Below the pieces are notes generated by a model that worked only from the letters and a program-made list of their open reading frames with translations, made no database searches and was not told the DNA's origin. From Octopus sinensis (Eukaryota), in contig NC_043015.1 of assembly GCF_006345805.1 (NCBI RefSeq), forward strand, positions 46,128,001 through 46,192,000: a stretch of 64,000 bases of DNA. The letters run 5' to 3'. Every line of letters begins with the position of its first letter. The stretch's first letter is position 1. This document shows, one piece after another, positions 35,996 to 49,680 of the stretch. A program made the position numbers and the translations under genes.

Positions 35996-38900
35996 TACCT
36001 GGAATGATATGTTAACTATAAAGCAAATGAGATATCATTAAAAAGTGGTTAAGATAAACTTTTCAAGAGAATGTGAAGAAAAAAACTTTAAAAGATGAAA
36101 GAAGAAATAATTCAATAAATAAAAAATAAACTGGTGTTAAAGTAGCTAATTGACAAAAGAAAACACTAGAAGAAAGCCAATTAATTCAAGTGTTCAGTGG
36201 GGAGGGAAAAAAAAAAGGACTAAAACAAACACAAACAAAACCAAGAGAGAAGGAGCAATGAAGTTTGTACAAGCTTCATCAGATTAAAGTGGGCTGTGTA
36301 CGGTCAGCTGAGAGAATAAACTGGACTGTAGCTGAATGCAATTGTCAGCATGGCAGATTTAGTGTTTCAATGATGATACTACTACTACTACTACTCATCA
36401 TCATCGTTTAACGTCCGTTTTCCATGCTAGCATGGGTTGGACGGTTCAACTGGGGTCAGTCTGGGAAGCCAGAAGGCTGCGCCAGGCTCCAGTCTGATCT
36501 GGCAGTGTTTCTACGGCTGGATGCCCTTCCTAACGCCAACCACTCCGTGAGTGTAGTGGGTGCTTTTTACGTGCCAGCTGCACAGGTGCCAGACGAGGCT
36601 TGGCAAACAGCCATGATCGGATGGTGTCTTTTATGTGCCACCGGCACAGGGGCCCAGACGAGGCTGGCAACAGCCACAATTGGACGGTGCATTTTACGTG
36701 CCACCGGCACGGAGGCCAGTCGGGGCGGCGCTGGCAACGGCCACGTTCGGATGGTTCTCTTACATGCCATAATAATAATAATAATAATAATAATAGGGAT
36801 GATGATTTCTTTTATTGGCCACAAGGGCCAAAGGCCTGGAAGACAATATCGAAGGACAAAGCACAACACACAAAAACAGGTGGGGTTTACATCAACCAAA
36901 AGGAGACACTATGACATTAAGGGATATATAAATAGAAGAAATAAATGATTAATAAACAAATAATAACAATTCCACTATAGACACTCTCCTATAAACAAAA
37001 GGCCTGAAACTTCAGGGGAGGGTACTAGTCGATTACACTGACCCCTGTGCTCAACTGGTACTTATTTTATCGACTCTGAAAGAACGAAAGGCAAAGTTGA
37101 TCCCCAGCAGAATATAATGATTATTCTTTCTTATTTCATTATTGCCCACAAGGGGTTAAACACAGAGGGGACAAACAAAGACAGACAAATGGATTAAGTC
37201 GATTATATCAACCCCAGTGTGTAACTGGTACTTATTTAACTGACCCCGAAAGGTAAAGTCGACCTCGGCGGAATTTGAACTCAGAACGTAAAGACAGATG
37301 AAATACCGCTAAGCATTTCACCCGGTGTGCTAACGATCCTGCCAGCACGCGGCCTTAGAATTATAATGATAATTCTCTCTACTATAGGCACAAGGCCTGA
37401 AATTTTGTGGGAAAGGGGACTAGTTGATTACATCGACCCCAGTGTTTCACTGTTACTTAATTTTATCAACCCTGAAAGGATGAAAGGCAAAGTCGATCTC
37501 AGTGGAATTTGAGCTCAGAACGTAAAGACAGAAGAAATGCCACTAAGCATTTTACCCAGCATGCTAACAATTCTGCCAGCTCGCTGCCATAAAAATAATT
37601 CTTTTATTAGCCACATAGATGGGGAGGGGACATCATAAAGACAGACATCAATTTGTGTAGGGATTTACATAAAGAACAGGGAGAAAAAAAAAGTAAAAGA
37701 TGGTGATAGTATATAATGTATGTGGTAACTTCAATAATGCAGTCCTGAAACAGAAGAAACTCCAGCTAGGGCCAGTTAAGGAACCCCACAGAACCAGGAT
37801 TATTCTGACTACCTTCTCTATAACAGACGTCTGTAGAAAACAGAATGTTAATTCTTTAGCATTCAGATTACTTTACCAAATGAATATACCTACTTATACA
37901 TATTGATTTGAATTAATCATGTATTATCTTGTAGCTCCAGGATTTCAAATGATATGGTTGTCTACTTTTAGAATGACAATGTAGAGTAAGTGTGAGAGGC
38001 CAAATTCGGATGGTTTGAACTTAAAACAGGTAGAACATTCAGGTTGGATATGGCCAGTTTAAACACTAACAGGTTAATCCAACAAAGAATCACTTGGCTA
38101 GCAACTTTCTAAACTAAGAAAACTTCTTTATCAATGATTCATCATCATCATCGTTTAGCATCCGCTTTCCATGCTAGCATGGGTTGGACGGTTCAACTGG
38201 GGTCTGGGAAGCAAGAAGGCTGCACCAGGCCCAGTCTGATCTGGCAAGGTTTCTACGGCTGAATGCCCTTCCTAACACCAGCCACTCCGTGAGTGTAGTG
38301 GGTGCTTTTTACGTGCCACCAACACAGGTGCCAGACGAGGCTGGCAATGGCCACGATCGGATGGTGCTTTTTACGTGCCACCAGCACGAGGCCAATCGGA
38401 GCGGCGCTGGCAACGGCCACGTTCGGATGGTTAGTACAATAAATTCTTTCAGTTGTGATTTATAACAGAAAATACTTAGTCAATAACATTCAGAACAAGA
38501 TAATCTTTTGTTAAACACAAGTTCATTGTCTAGAAAGTTTATTCATTTTCCCTTTATTACATCATCATCATCATCGTTTAACGTCCGTTCTCCATGCTAG
38601 CATGGGTTGGACGGTTCGACCGGGGTCTGGGAAACCGGGAGGTTGCACCAGGCTCCAGTCTGATCTGGCACTGTTTCTACAGCTGGATGCCCTTCCTAAC
38701 GCCAACCACTCCGTGAGTGTAGTGGGTGCTTTTTATGTGCCAGGGGAGGCTGGCAATGGCCACGATCGGTTGGTTGTTTTTACATGCCAGTCAAGGCGGC
38801 AAATCTAATCCAGAGAAATTATTAAAAAAAAAAAAAAATCAAGCAAAATAGTCAGTATGATAATTATCCCAAGTTGTTAAAAATTGTATTTGTGGCCCTA

Positions 38901-39730
38901 ATTTCACAATGAAACTAAATACATATAGACATTAGTCCAACATCATCATCACAATTTAACATCTGTTTTCCATGCTGGCATGGATTGGACAGTTTGATAG
39001 GAGCCAATGAGTCAGAGGACTGCACTGAGCCCCAATGTCTGCTCAGATATTGTTTCTACAGCTGGATAATCTTCCCGACGTCAACCACTTTATGGAGAGT
39101 ACCAAGTGACATTTTTTGTGGCAACAATACTAATCAAGTCACTGAGTAACTCGCAAGACAAGAACTCCTCAAACAGGTGGAGCAGGGGTAAGGTATGGCA
39201 CTGAAAGAGGTGAAAGTATGACAAAGGGATATTTATTTCATAACCAACACAGGAGTGGCTGTGTGGTAAGTAGCTTGCTAACCAACCACATGGTTCCGGG
39301 TTCAGTCCCACTGCGTGGCATCTTGGGCAAGTGTCTTCTGCTATAGCCCCGGGCCGACCAATGCCTTGTGAGTGGATTTGGTAGATGGAAACTGAAAGAA
39401 GCCTGTCGTATATATGTATATATATATATATATGTGTGTGTGTTTGTCCCCCTAGCATTGCTTGACAACCGATGCTGGTGTGTTTACGTCCCCGTCACTT
39501 AGCGGTTCGGCAAAAGAGACCGATAGAATAAGTACTGGGCTTACAAAGAATAAGTCCCGGGCGTCGATTTGCTCGACTAAAGGCGGTGCTCCAGCATGGT
39601 CGCAGTCAAATGACTGAAAAGAGTAAAAGAGTAAACACTTATCAAGAATGGCAAAGTTGCAAGTACATATTAAATGGTAACTGGTATGGAACCAAATGCC
39701 ATAAATTGTTACTGATAAATACACACATAC

Positions 39731-39761
<31 letters not shown>

Positions 39762-40477
39762 GAGATTTTTGTTTGTTTGTCTTAGCATCCATATTTCCAT
39801 GCTGGTATGGCTGAGATGGAGAGTTACTTAGAAACAGGATTTTGTAATTGGATGCTCTTCCAGTCACTGACCCTAATTTCAAGATATTTTATTTCAGTGG
39901 GTTTCTTAAGCACTGAGGGTCCAGACATAATGCCAACATCATCATCATCATTTCACTAAAATCATAAAAAACATGGAATATTAACATTTATGCACGTTGA
40001 AACACACACACACGACAAGTTTCCACACAATTTCCATTTACCAAATTCACTCACAAAGCACTGGTTGACACAAGGCTCTAGCAAATGACACTTGTTCTAG
40101 GTGCCATGCAGAGGGATAGAAACCTAAACAATGTGGTAGCAAAGCAAGCTTCTTAACCACGCAACCATTAGATCTTGAATTTATATCACAGAGCAACCAA
40201 TTTGCCTACAAGTAACAAAGAAGAAATCATTTCTCAGGAGTGGCTGTGTGGTAAGAAGCTTGCTCCTAAACCACATCCACCACCACCCCAGGTTCAGTCC
40301 CACTGTGTGCAAGTGTCTTCTACTATTGATTCAGGGTGACCAGAGCCTTGTGAGTGGATCTGGTAGATAGAAACTGAAAGAAGCCCATCATGTATATATA
40401 TAGATACTGGAGTAAGCACATAAATGTGAAACAAGGTGGAAAAAAGAGTACTCAAATACCAGAGGTAGAGTAATATG

Positions 40478-40631
40478 CTTTATTTAAAAGCAGCAGAAAT
40501 ATAACAAAAGCTGTTACTCGGAGTTTCCTGTTCCCGTTCGTTGGACAGTTTTTAACAAAACTATCCGACGAAGGGGAACATGAAACTCCGAGTAACAGCT
40601 TTTGTTATATTTCTGCTGCTTTTAAATAAAG
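40478..40631. repeat. 154-bp near-perfect palindrome (4 mismatches) containing a minimal hammerhead-like motif in each arm
   Basis: Read directly from the sequence. Confidence 0.92.
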
Positions 40632-40865
40632 TATATATATCACCATCATCGTTTAACGTCCGTTTTCCGCGCTAGCACGGGTTGGACCAGGCTCCAGTCT
40701 GGTCTGGCAGTGTTTCTACAGCTGGATGCCCTTCCTAACGCCAACCACTCCGTGAGTGTAGTGGGTGCTTTTTATGTGCCACCTGCACAGGTGCCAGAGG
40801 GGTCTGGCATCGGCCACGGTCGGTTGGTGCTTTTTATGTGCCACCTGCACAGAACCAGTCGGGGC

Positions 40866-40897
<32 letters not shown>

Positions 40898-42239
40898 GAA
40901 ACATTGCCAAATTAGACCGGAGCCTGGTGCAGCCTTCTGGCTTCCCAGAACCCCGGTCGAACTGTCCAACCCATGCTAGCATGGAGAACGGACGTTAAAC
41001 GACGATGATGATGATGATATACATACATACATACATACATATGTGTGTGTGCATGTGTTTGTCCCTCCACCATCGCTTGACAACCGATGTCTGTGTGCTT
41101 ACGTGCCCCATAACTTAGCGGCTCAGCAAAAGAGACCAGTAGAATAAGTACTGGACTTACAAAGAGTAAGTCCTGGGATGGATTTGTTTGACTAAAAGTC
41201 GGTGCTCCAGCATGGCCGCAGTCAAATGACTGAAACAAGTAAAAGAAATACACAATATGGAGACACTGCCATATCTGGACAAACAACAAACAAACAGAAC
41301 ATTCACCAAAGACCATTACAAATAACTATAAGAGATGCAGACATGAACTGACAGAGCAATAAAAGCAAAGAGCCAGAAAAAAGAATTAAGAATGGAAGAT
41401 GGAAACTGTGTTTCTTCTTTGATATATCAATCAAACATAGGGCAACAAGCTGGCAGAATTATTAGCACCCTGGGCCAAACTGCTTAGCAGCATTTCATCT
41501 GTCTTCACGTTCTGAGTTCAAATTCTGTTGAGGTCAACTTTAACTTTCATCTTTTCAGGGGTTGATAAAAAGCACCATCTGAACATGGCCGATGCCAGCA
41601 CCGCCTAGACTAGCTTCCGTGCCGGTGGCACGTAAAAAGCACCATCTGAATCGTGGCCGATGCCAGCGCCGCCCAGACTGGCTTCCGCACGTAAAATGCA
41701 CCAATCCGATCGTGGCCGTTGCCAGCCTCGCCTGGCACCTGTGCTGGTGGCAAGTAAAAAACACCCACTACACCCAACAGAGTGGTTGGCGTTAGGAAGG
41801 GCATCCAACTGTAGAAACACTGCTTGATCAGACTGGAGCCTGGTGCAGCCTTCAGGCTTCCCAGATCCCCAGTTGAACCGTCCAACCCATGCTAGCATGG
41901 AAAAACGGACGTTAAACGATGATGATGATGATGAGTACTGGGCTTGATGTAATCGACTAACCCACTCTCCCAAAATTGCTGGCCTTGCACCAAAATTTGA
42001 AATCAATTGAACGTGTCCACTTTACCATGTGTGCATGAGCTGGATGAAACTCGAGACAAATTTTCTATGGCTGGATGCTCTTCCTATTGCTAACCCTCAC
42101 CTGTTTCCAAGTAAGGTAATGTTTCCCCATGACCAGATATGTTTTCGTGAATCATTGGAAACAAAGGATACTGCTTCCATGATGGTGAGAGTATACACAC
42201 ACACACATATTTTCCTTGTCCAATATTTTGAATCCAGGT

Positions 42240-42440
42240 TTGTCCCCGTTAATGGGGGTGGCTGGATCTACCTCACTCTTACGGCAACCCCTCCAACACC
42301 ATCTCACAGGTTTTGGGCATCCTCCATCCTCAAGCCAACCCTCCCAATCGCCTCCTTCACCTGTCCCCTCCATGTTTTCTTTGGTCGGCCTCACTTTTGC
42401 CGTTCATTCACTCTAAACTCAAGCACTCTCCTTAGAACAT
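42240..42440 (-). mobile_element. degraded RTE-like 3' fragment
   Basis: Hand translation RRVLEFRV...GRPKKTWRGQVKE, with stops. Confidence 0.5.
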
Positions 42441-44149
42441 GATAAATATATATATAAAATAGGTTCTTTCAATTTCCCTCTACCAAATCCACTCACAAGG
42501 TTTTGGCCAGCTTGGGGCTGCAGTAGAAGATACTTTCCCAAGGTGCCATGTAGTGGGACTGAACCTGAAATGATGTGGATTCAAAGCAAACTTATTACCA
42601 CACAGTGATGCCACATCAGACAAAAAAAAACATTGTCTGGAATGATGTTGAGAAGTCATGAAAACATGCACCTGGAATGGTAATCCCAGTTTGTGGAAGA
42701 ATTATAAGAATTATTCAATCAACAAGAGTTTGCATGCACTTAAAGTACACGGAAATAAGCTGGTTACTATAGAAACATTTAAAAAAAAAGAATATATTTC
42801 TGATGACACTTGAATTGGCACAAAGGTCCTCTTTGTAAGAGATAAAAAGCTCATTCATTTAAAACAGCCCACCAGCAGATCATTCAGTCATTTTATTGAT
42901 CTTCAAGGTAAAAAAAAAAGGTTGAAGACAGCAGAATTAGAATTTAGAACAATGAGGCATAGATAGATACCATTTTCTCCACATAGTCTTCTCTTTTAAT
43001 AACACTATGTAACAAAATTTTTATTCTATTTTTTTTTTGCCTTTGGTTAGTAAGTGTTATTTCCTATTTGCTTCTGTCTAGAAATCAAATGAAATGACTA
43101 TTATTCCCTTCAAACATCAAATATTTTGAAAACACCCTAGGTTCCAATACGTTTCAGGCAGATTCAGAGCCAAATTGCTCAAACAGAAACACCTTTATAG
43201 CAAATATTCTGCTCAATACCACAGATTTGCTTGTCAGTTGCTTGACCATAGCCACTTGAACTTGTCCTTTAGTGGCTGACAATATGTGCATCTCTGATCA
43301 TGAGCAGGAGTAGTGAGGGAGCATCATAGCTACATGTTAAGAGGGATTCTTTGGTGGGTTTGAGTAATATACCAAAAGCAAAGTCTGAAGAAAATATATG
43401 CCATTTTTCATACCTTACCAATGGTAAGCAAATAGGCAATAACAGTTGTTATCCAAGGACAAAATTTGTGTTACACAGTGTAATAACAGTTTTATTGTGG
43501 GGATTAAAGACAGTCAATATTTACTTTCTGAATTTCACTGATACTTGCATTCTATCAGCTTAGAAGTTTATATTTCAAACATTTTGTCATGTCACTACTA
43601 GACATTACATGTTAATATACAAAAGATACCTTTTACTATTAGGAATAAGTATCAGCTCCATTGGGAATGGTATCTGTAGAAAGCCAACATCTGATAAAGA
43701 TCATTCTGTCAACCACTTTAGATAATCCTCAACCATTAGGCGCAGGAGTGGCTGTGTGGTAAGTAGCTTGCTAACCAACCACATGGTTCCGGGTTCAGTC
43801 CCACTGCGTGGCATCTTGGGCAAGTGTCTTCTGCTATAGCCTCGGGCCGACCAAAGCCTTGTGAGTGGATTTGGTAGACGGAAACTGAAAGAAGCCCATC
43901 ATATATATATGTGTGTGTGTGTGTGTCTATATGTTTGTGTGTCTGTGTCTGTCCCTCTAGCATTGGTTAACAACCGATGGTGGTATGTTTACGTCCCCGT
44001 CACTTAGCGGTTCGGCAAAAGAGACCGATAGAATAAGTACTGGGCTTACAAAGAATAAGTCCCGGGGTCGATTTGCTCGACTAAAGGCAGTGCTCCAGCA
44101 TGGCCACAGTCAAATGACTGAAACAAGTAAAAGAGTAAAGAGTTATGAG

Positions 44150-44695
44150 CAATGGTTCTCAACCATTTTTTACCTACAGACTCCTTTGATTACAATTTTA
44201 CTCTGGTGGACCCCTCCCCCATGGCTTCCTGATGTTTAAAAACTAGTTTTACAGATACTTCTTTCAACATTCCTATTTTGTTTTTCAAACATTAACTCAT
44301 CTAAGTTGAATTATGCAAAACATTTGAAAAAGAACCCTTGCTCTCTCTCTTTCGGAGAAGCACTGAGCACCTACATGCACATATACACACACGGCAGTAA
44401 CTTCCGGCTTCCGAATTCAATTCACAAAGCTTCGGTCGGCTCGAGGCTGTAGCGGAAGACACCTGCCCAAAGCGCCACGCAGTGGGACTGAACCCGAACC
44501 CATGTAGCTAGGAAGCAAGCTCCCTAACCACACAGCCATGCCCGTGCCTCTTCCAATAGGTACATCTAAATCAAAATTTTTTCATGAACCCTTAATATAC
44601 TACTGTGAGCCCAAATTTAAACTTTGCTTGCATGGTCCCCTAAAAATTTTATATGGACCCCCAGGGGTCATACAGACCCCAGTTGAGAACCACTG
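44150..44695. mobile_element. hAT-type MITE (same family as 13448-14003) with a nested SINE at about 44360-44530
   Basis: caatggttctcaacc...gttgagaaccactg; near-TSD agttatga / atttatga. Confidence 0.7.
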
Positions 44696-46078
44696 ATTTA
44701 TGACCTATTCTGTAACCCCCAAATCCTAACTAGCAAGCAGTTGCCATTCAGAATCTATTATTTCCCTATTAAAAAAACAAAAAAACAAAGCAAACAACAA
44801 AACACTAAAATATTTGAAATTTTGGAAAATCTCTAAAAATCTTAAAATCTGGTACCACATAAAAAAACACCCATTACACTTAATAAGTGGTTGGCATTAG
44901 GAATGCCATCCATTAGTAGTGACCATGCCCAAACAGACAATGGAGCCTGCCTCCTCCCCCACGCCCAGCCAGCCTTACCAGCTCCTGTTAAACCGTCCAA
45001 GCCATGCCAACATGGAAAAACGGATGAATGATGATGATGATGATCCAATAAATCTTCAAAATAGTTTTGGTTGTTTAACGAAAAATTCGATTTGGCTGTT
45101 ATGTTTTTTGGAGTATGGTTCTCATAAAATTCCAACCATTTTGCCTCCATGGTCCTCAACCTAAACTGGAAATGGGAATAGAAGATCTTGCATACATACA
45201 TACATACATATGCGTCTCTCTTGCTTCTAATCAATGAAAAAAAATGATTTTAAAAAACCCCTAAGCTAGTGATCTGAAATTATGTATTATTTCTATTGTA
45301 ATTCCCTCAAACAACATTTGTACATATAACTTCAGTGATATATTTTAAGCAAGCATGAAGTAGAAGGCATTTGTTGGGAGATGAATTCTGATAGTCCGCC
45401 AGCGATGAAGATTCATAATTGTATTGTGTACACACTGGTCACCCATTTTCAGCTTGCACAGGATGCATACACAAATTTTTCCACCACTGAATAAAATGTG
45501 TCAGTTTGAGTGTAAAAAAAAAATGATACATATTTCATAATCGAATTCATTAATTGTGAAGAACATCAGGGAGAGAAAATCATACTTTTCAATCATGAAA
45601 TTGAATTATAGTCGAATATATACACACATACAAAATATAAATACACACACATACAACACAGACATATCACGTAAAGGTTACCGAATTAGACAACAAAACA
45701 AAACTAGAGTGATTTTTTAGAAGTTGGGTGCGGGCCTTCTTTGATGATACGTGCCTAAAAAAACAGACAATTAGGAGAGGAGACTGTTATGACAAGTTTA
45801 CAACACACTTGAGGCAAAATTAAAGAAACATTGCACTAAATTTCATGTCCAAACCTACATATTTGAATGATTTATTATTTTATTTTGCGTATGTATATGA
45901 TGCTTAAAAAATCCAATTCTGTTTTCGTTGTTGTTCCAACAGTAAGACAAACTAAAAGAAAACACAGATTCACATTGATATAAACAAATTTTCGAATCGA
46001 ATTCTGCAACATCCATTCATAGATAACCCACTTCATTAAGCTTCCAGATGAGGGGAAAAAGGAAAACAAAAACTTTAC

Positions 46079-46160
46079 CTATGACTGAGTTAACTTCTCC
46101 TTAATTCATCTTTTCCATTTTCCAACTCACGCGCGCATATCTCCCTCTCTCTCTCTCATC
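46079..46160 (-). other. candidate non-coding 5' exon of EMSY (two possible donors, exon ends 46131 and 46079)
   Basis: Minus-strand donors GCGC|GTGAGT and ATAG|GTAAAG lie at the edge of the repeat-poor zone. Joining to exon start 25450 puts an in-frame stop ahead of the 25416 ATG. No transcript evidence. Confidence 0.35.
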
Positions 46161-46171
46161 TATATTTATTT

Positions 46172-46218
<47 letters not shown>

Positions 46219-46983
46219 ACGTGTTTTCCACCATTCCTTTATTCTTTTTCCAGAATACGTTTCAAAGATTAGGTACAAGGAACAGGCATAAATAAATATA
46301 TTTATTTAAAAAAAATGAAAAGTAGACAGAAAAAAAGATATATATATATATATATACATATACATGTATACACACACACACACACAAAACATATTGCCAA
46401 AAGGAAGGAAGGAAGGCTTATATATGATCAAATAAAATAAGGTTTGAAAAATATTTAAAAAAAAACAAAAACAAAGATGAAATATATCAATTCATTATTT
46501 TCAAAGCTTGTAAGATTTGTTTAATTAAGCCTCCTTAAGAAATTAGTTAACATCAGTTGATTTCATTCACAAGGGGGGCTAAGATGAAAGTGATCGAAGC
46601 AATAACAAACAAAAGGCTGTGTTCTTTAATATTTAGAATGTGTTAAAAAGAATGATGTTACAACAAAATGGAATAACTAATGTTTTAATATTAAGATGGG
46701 GAGATAAGTGATGTAGAGGAGCAAGAAGAGAAGCCTTTTATAGGTCCGCTTCGTAAATGGATATTTAAAAGATGTGTTGGTTGTGAAGAACAGGAAGATC
46801 TCTCTTATTTTGACAGATGTTTAAAAGAAAGTATTTTAAGAATCCGTTTGAAAGATACCTTGAAAACAAAAAACACAATAAGAAAAATAACCTTGTATAG
46901 ATAGAATTGTATTGATATAAAATCCACACAATTGCAGATTTCAAACCTATTCCTTGAGTTGAGTTATGTTGTTTTTTTCTTAT

Positions 46984-47459
46984 AAATTTATATTAAACTT
47001 ACTCGAAATCTTGAGTATTTTCCATCTTCGCTAAAATCGTCCTTGTTTAATTAATCTCCAAAGTGTTCCTCTCACAAAAAAATGTTTCACCTGATTTTTA
47101 TTAACTTCAAAACAAAATAAGTCGAGATACATATGACATATTAAAATAAATAAATGATTGGCAATAACAAAAAAAAAAGAAGAAGCTATAACTTTATAAA
47201 TTTACAGCTGTTGGGTGGAAATTCGAATATAATGCTTGAGAATAAATCTCATACCTGGAGAAACTGATGGTGATATTTGGAAAAAAATAAATAATAATAA
47301 TAATAATCAGGTAATTTCTAGGAAAAATGCAAACAAAAACCTGGTTGGAATTGTGAAAGAAAAAATAACAAAAACAAAAGGGAAATTTCAAATTAGACAT
47401 TACTTATATACCAAGACGCAGACTAAGTTATAAAGGAAAGAAGACAACACTTCATAGAG

Positions 47460-47497
<38 letters not shown>

Positions 47498-47725
47498 AAA
47501 CCTCAAAGCTAAGGTGAAATTTTGCTCCCTTTTCTTTTAAATTTTTAAGATGCAAAAAGAGAAGAGAAGAAAAAGACTCTCTGGATGCATTTAAAAGCAA
47601 TTTTTGAAGTAATAAAAATCAGGTGAAACATTTTTGGGGGAGAACACTTTGGAGGTTAAACAAGAAAGATTTTTAGCGAAGATGGAAAATACTCAAGGTT
47701 TCTCGAGTAAGTTTAATATAAAATT
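46984..47725. repeat. imperfect inverted repeat, arms of about 125 bp at 46984-47111 and 47602-47725
   Basis: Arms align by eye with a few substitutions and short indels. Confidence 0.9.
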
Positions 47726-48199
47726 TTGTTTGTCTTTTTCCAAGCTGCCGTTTTTTTTTGTCTTCTTTTTGTTGAAGATGCAGAAAAAAAAAACTCTGCA
47801 ATGACAGACAGACAGGACTGATGCTTGCTTGCTTGAATCACAATAAAATGATAAATATTACATTATTTTACATGAAATATTCGGTGATCTACATGGAGAA
47901 ATCTACCAAAAAGCCAATCTGATTCTTTGGAAAGCATTTTAATAGATATCTAAAAGGAAAAAGAATGAAAAAGGCGAGAAAACATGACACTTTGTGTCGT
48001 GTTTTCTCATTTCAGAGAACTGAAGAGACCTCATTTTTTTTTTACAATCAGCGAATTCTCAATTTCTGAGCATTGGCTGCAGGAAATATCTACATGATAC
48101 ATTAATACGGTAGTAGAAATTTTGTCTCTGTACCTTATATAGTGATGAGTTGTTCAATTTGACTGTATAAAACGAATATTCAACTTGCCAAGATAAAAG

Positions 48200-48491
48200 G
48201 GAAATCACACAAGCGCCATAATATCATAAGGCGGGTTTGAGTACGCATGACAGAAGACAGACGAAACTAACGAAACGGTAGAATGACATTTGGAGAAAAA
48301 AACCTCTTTTAAAAATTCTAATAGATTATTACGTAAGCGATATACTTACATTAAATTATAAAACTATTTATTTTGAGTAAAAACTTTTCTAAAATCGATT
48401 AAAAGTAGATTGTATATGATGATATAGATTAGTTAGTTCTGACAAACGACAGTAAGCGTTGCTACGCATGCGTTAAGTTTACTGTTTCAAC
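48200..48491. promoter_or_regulatory. probable promoter region (CpG-retaining, NRF1-like palindrome ACGCATGCGT at about 48464-48473)
   Basis: Interspersed-repeat-free, locally CpG-enriched stretch directly upstream of caacATG...|gtaagt. The motif assignment is by resemblance only. Confidence 0.4.
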
Positions 48492-48516
48492 ATGGTTGGC
48501 AAGTTGACCCTAACAA
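48492..48516 (+). CDS. candidate first coding exon of an unidentified divergent gene (MVGKLTLT)
   Basis: caacATG context and perfect donor A|gtaagt. It is phase-compatible with a candidate exon at 49560-49680 and then with a strong acceptor ttttcttcttttacag| at 63993. Product not recognised. Confidence 0.35.
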
Positions 48517-49559
48517 GTAAGTACAGACAGATTTTAATGTTTAATTCTCAAATTAAAATAATTTGCCGATTCTTCTGTACCTGAAATTATTGGAAAAAAT
48601 AAAGATACACCGGATACTACTTGTCAAATTATTTTTTTCTTTTAATTCCATGTCTAAAACATTGTTTTTTTGTGCCGAATGTTGCTACTTAGCATAACTT
48701 TGCAATGAATGTAGATCTAACCTTTCTCTCTCGCCGTGTCGCGATACGTCTGTTGCTTTTCCCCCCGCCTGCAAAAGCTAGAAATATATAATCATGGAAT
48801 TTTAAGGATACTCGGACGCGTCATTACCTCATAACCAATCTGTGTCGTCGGACCATCGCTTAAAAACTTCGTCTTGAGGTGTCGATTGCATGGGAATAGC
48901 AGTTTCTTTCTTCTCCGAGTCAACATGAAGATGGTTCAACTCGACTCTTAAAAAGTGACAAAACACTTTCTGTTGTTTATAGTGCACAGGTGTATTGAGC
49001 TGTTGAAAGACAAATGGGTTTTCTTTCTTGAGAACACCTCACAGCATCTATCGGAAAATATTGGATGCGAAGTGTCGACCCTTCGGTCAGGAAGCCATGA
49101 TTAACTTACCGGTCAATTTCATCTCGCCTTACAGAATATTAATGGAATATAAGTATGTATAGTGTTCATACTTCCATGGAGGACTTTAGCAAAATCCACG
49201 AAGTGTTTCAGCAAAGAGTTCATTTTCTCCTAAACTTAAATGCTGTATATTTCTGTTAATGCAATACCAGTTATGGTAAGAATTCTGCACTACAGTCTTG
49301 GAAATATTCAGAATACATAAAAATATGGCATTCCATAAATAGCACCATTGTCTTCTTGCCTGTCTTGGAATATCCAATAACTGTGTCCCGCGCAGTCTCC
49401 TAGTAAGTGAACATGTGATGTATCTGGACTGGCACCTTCATTTGACAAGATTCTTGTATGATTTTCCAAAATTTTTTTCTTCAATGAGATATTATTTTGC
49501 CAAAGCTCCCCCACCCATCTATGAATATAATATAGAAATCGGTAAAAACCTGTTTGTAG

Positions 49560-49680
49560 ATATTTTGTGCTTATTATCTGATCTGTCGACTCGAACGTAC
49601 ACCAATCAGGACATATTGTGGAAATTATTTTCACCTTGGCGAAAAGGAGTTCGGAATCCGTATTCCATTGAACTACTGAT
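49560..49680 (+). CDS. candidate second exon of the unidentified plus-strand gene
   Basis: tgtttgtag|AT...(N)ILCLLSDLSTRTYTNQDILWKLFSPWRKGVRNPYSIELL...AT|gtaatt; phase 1 to 2; moderate splice sites; no homology recognised. Confidence 0.2.

Noticed and set aside
45360-45520. ATGAAGA...CTGA pattern suggestive of a C/D snoRNA
   Set aside because: It is on the strand opposite to the putative host intron, with no terminal stem or recognisable guide.
49062-49092. CTGACCGAAGGGTCGACAC on the minus strand resembling a Penelope hammerhead start
   Set aside because: The spacing is wrong and there is no GAAA or cleavage triplet; at most a decayed remnant.
49308-49634. Minus-strand ORF containing LLGDCAGHSYWIF, reminiscent of a WHIM/WSD LGxDxxGxxYW motif
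   Set aside because: The spacing is one residue short, there are no convincing splice sites, and no neighbouring exons support it.
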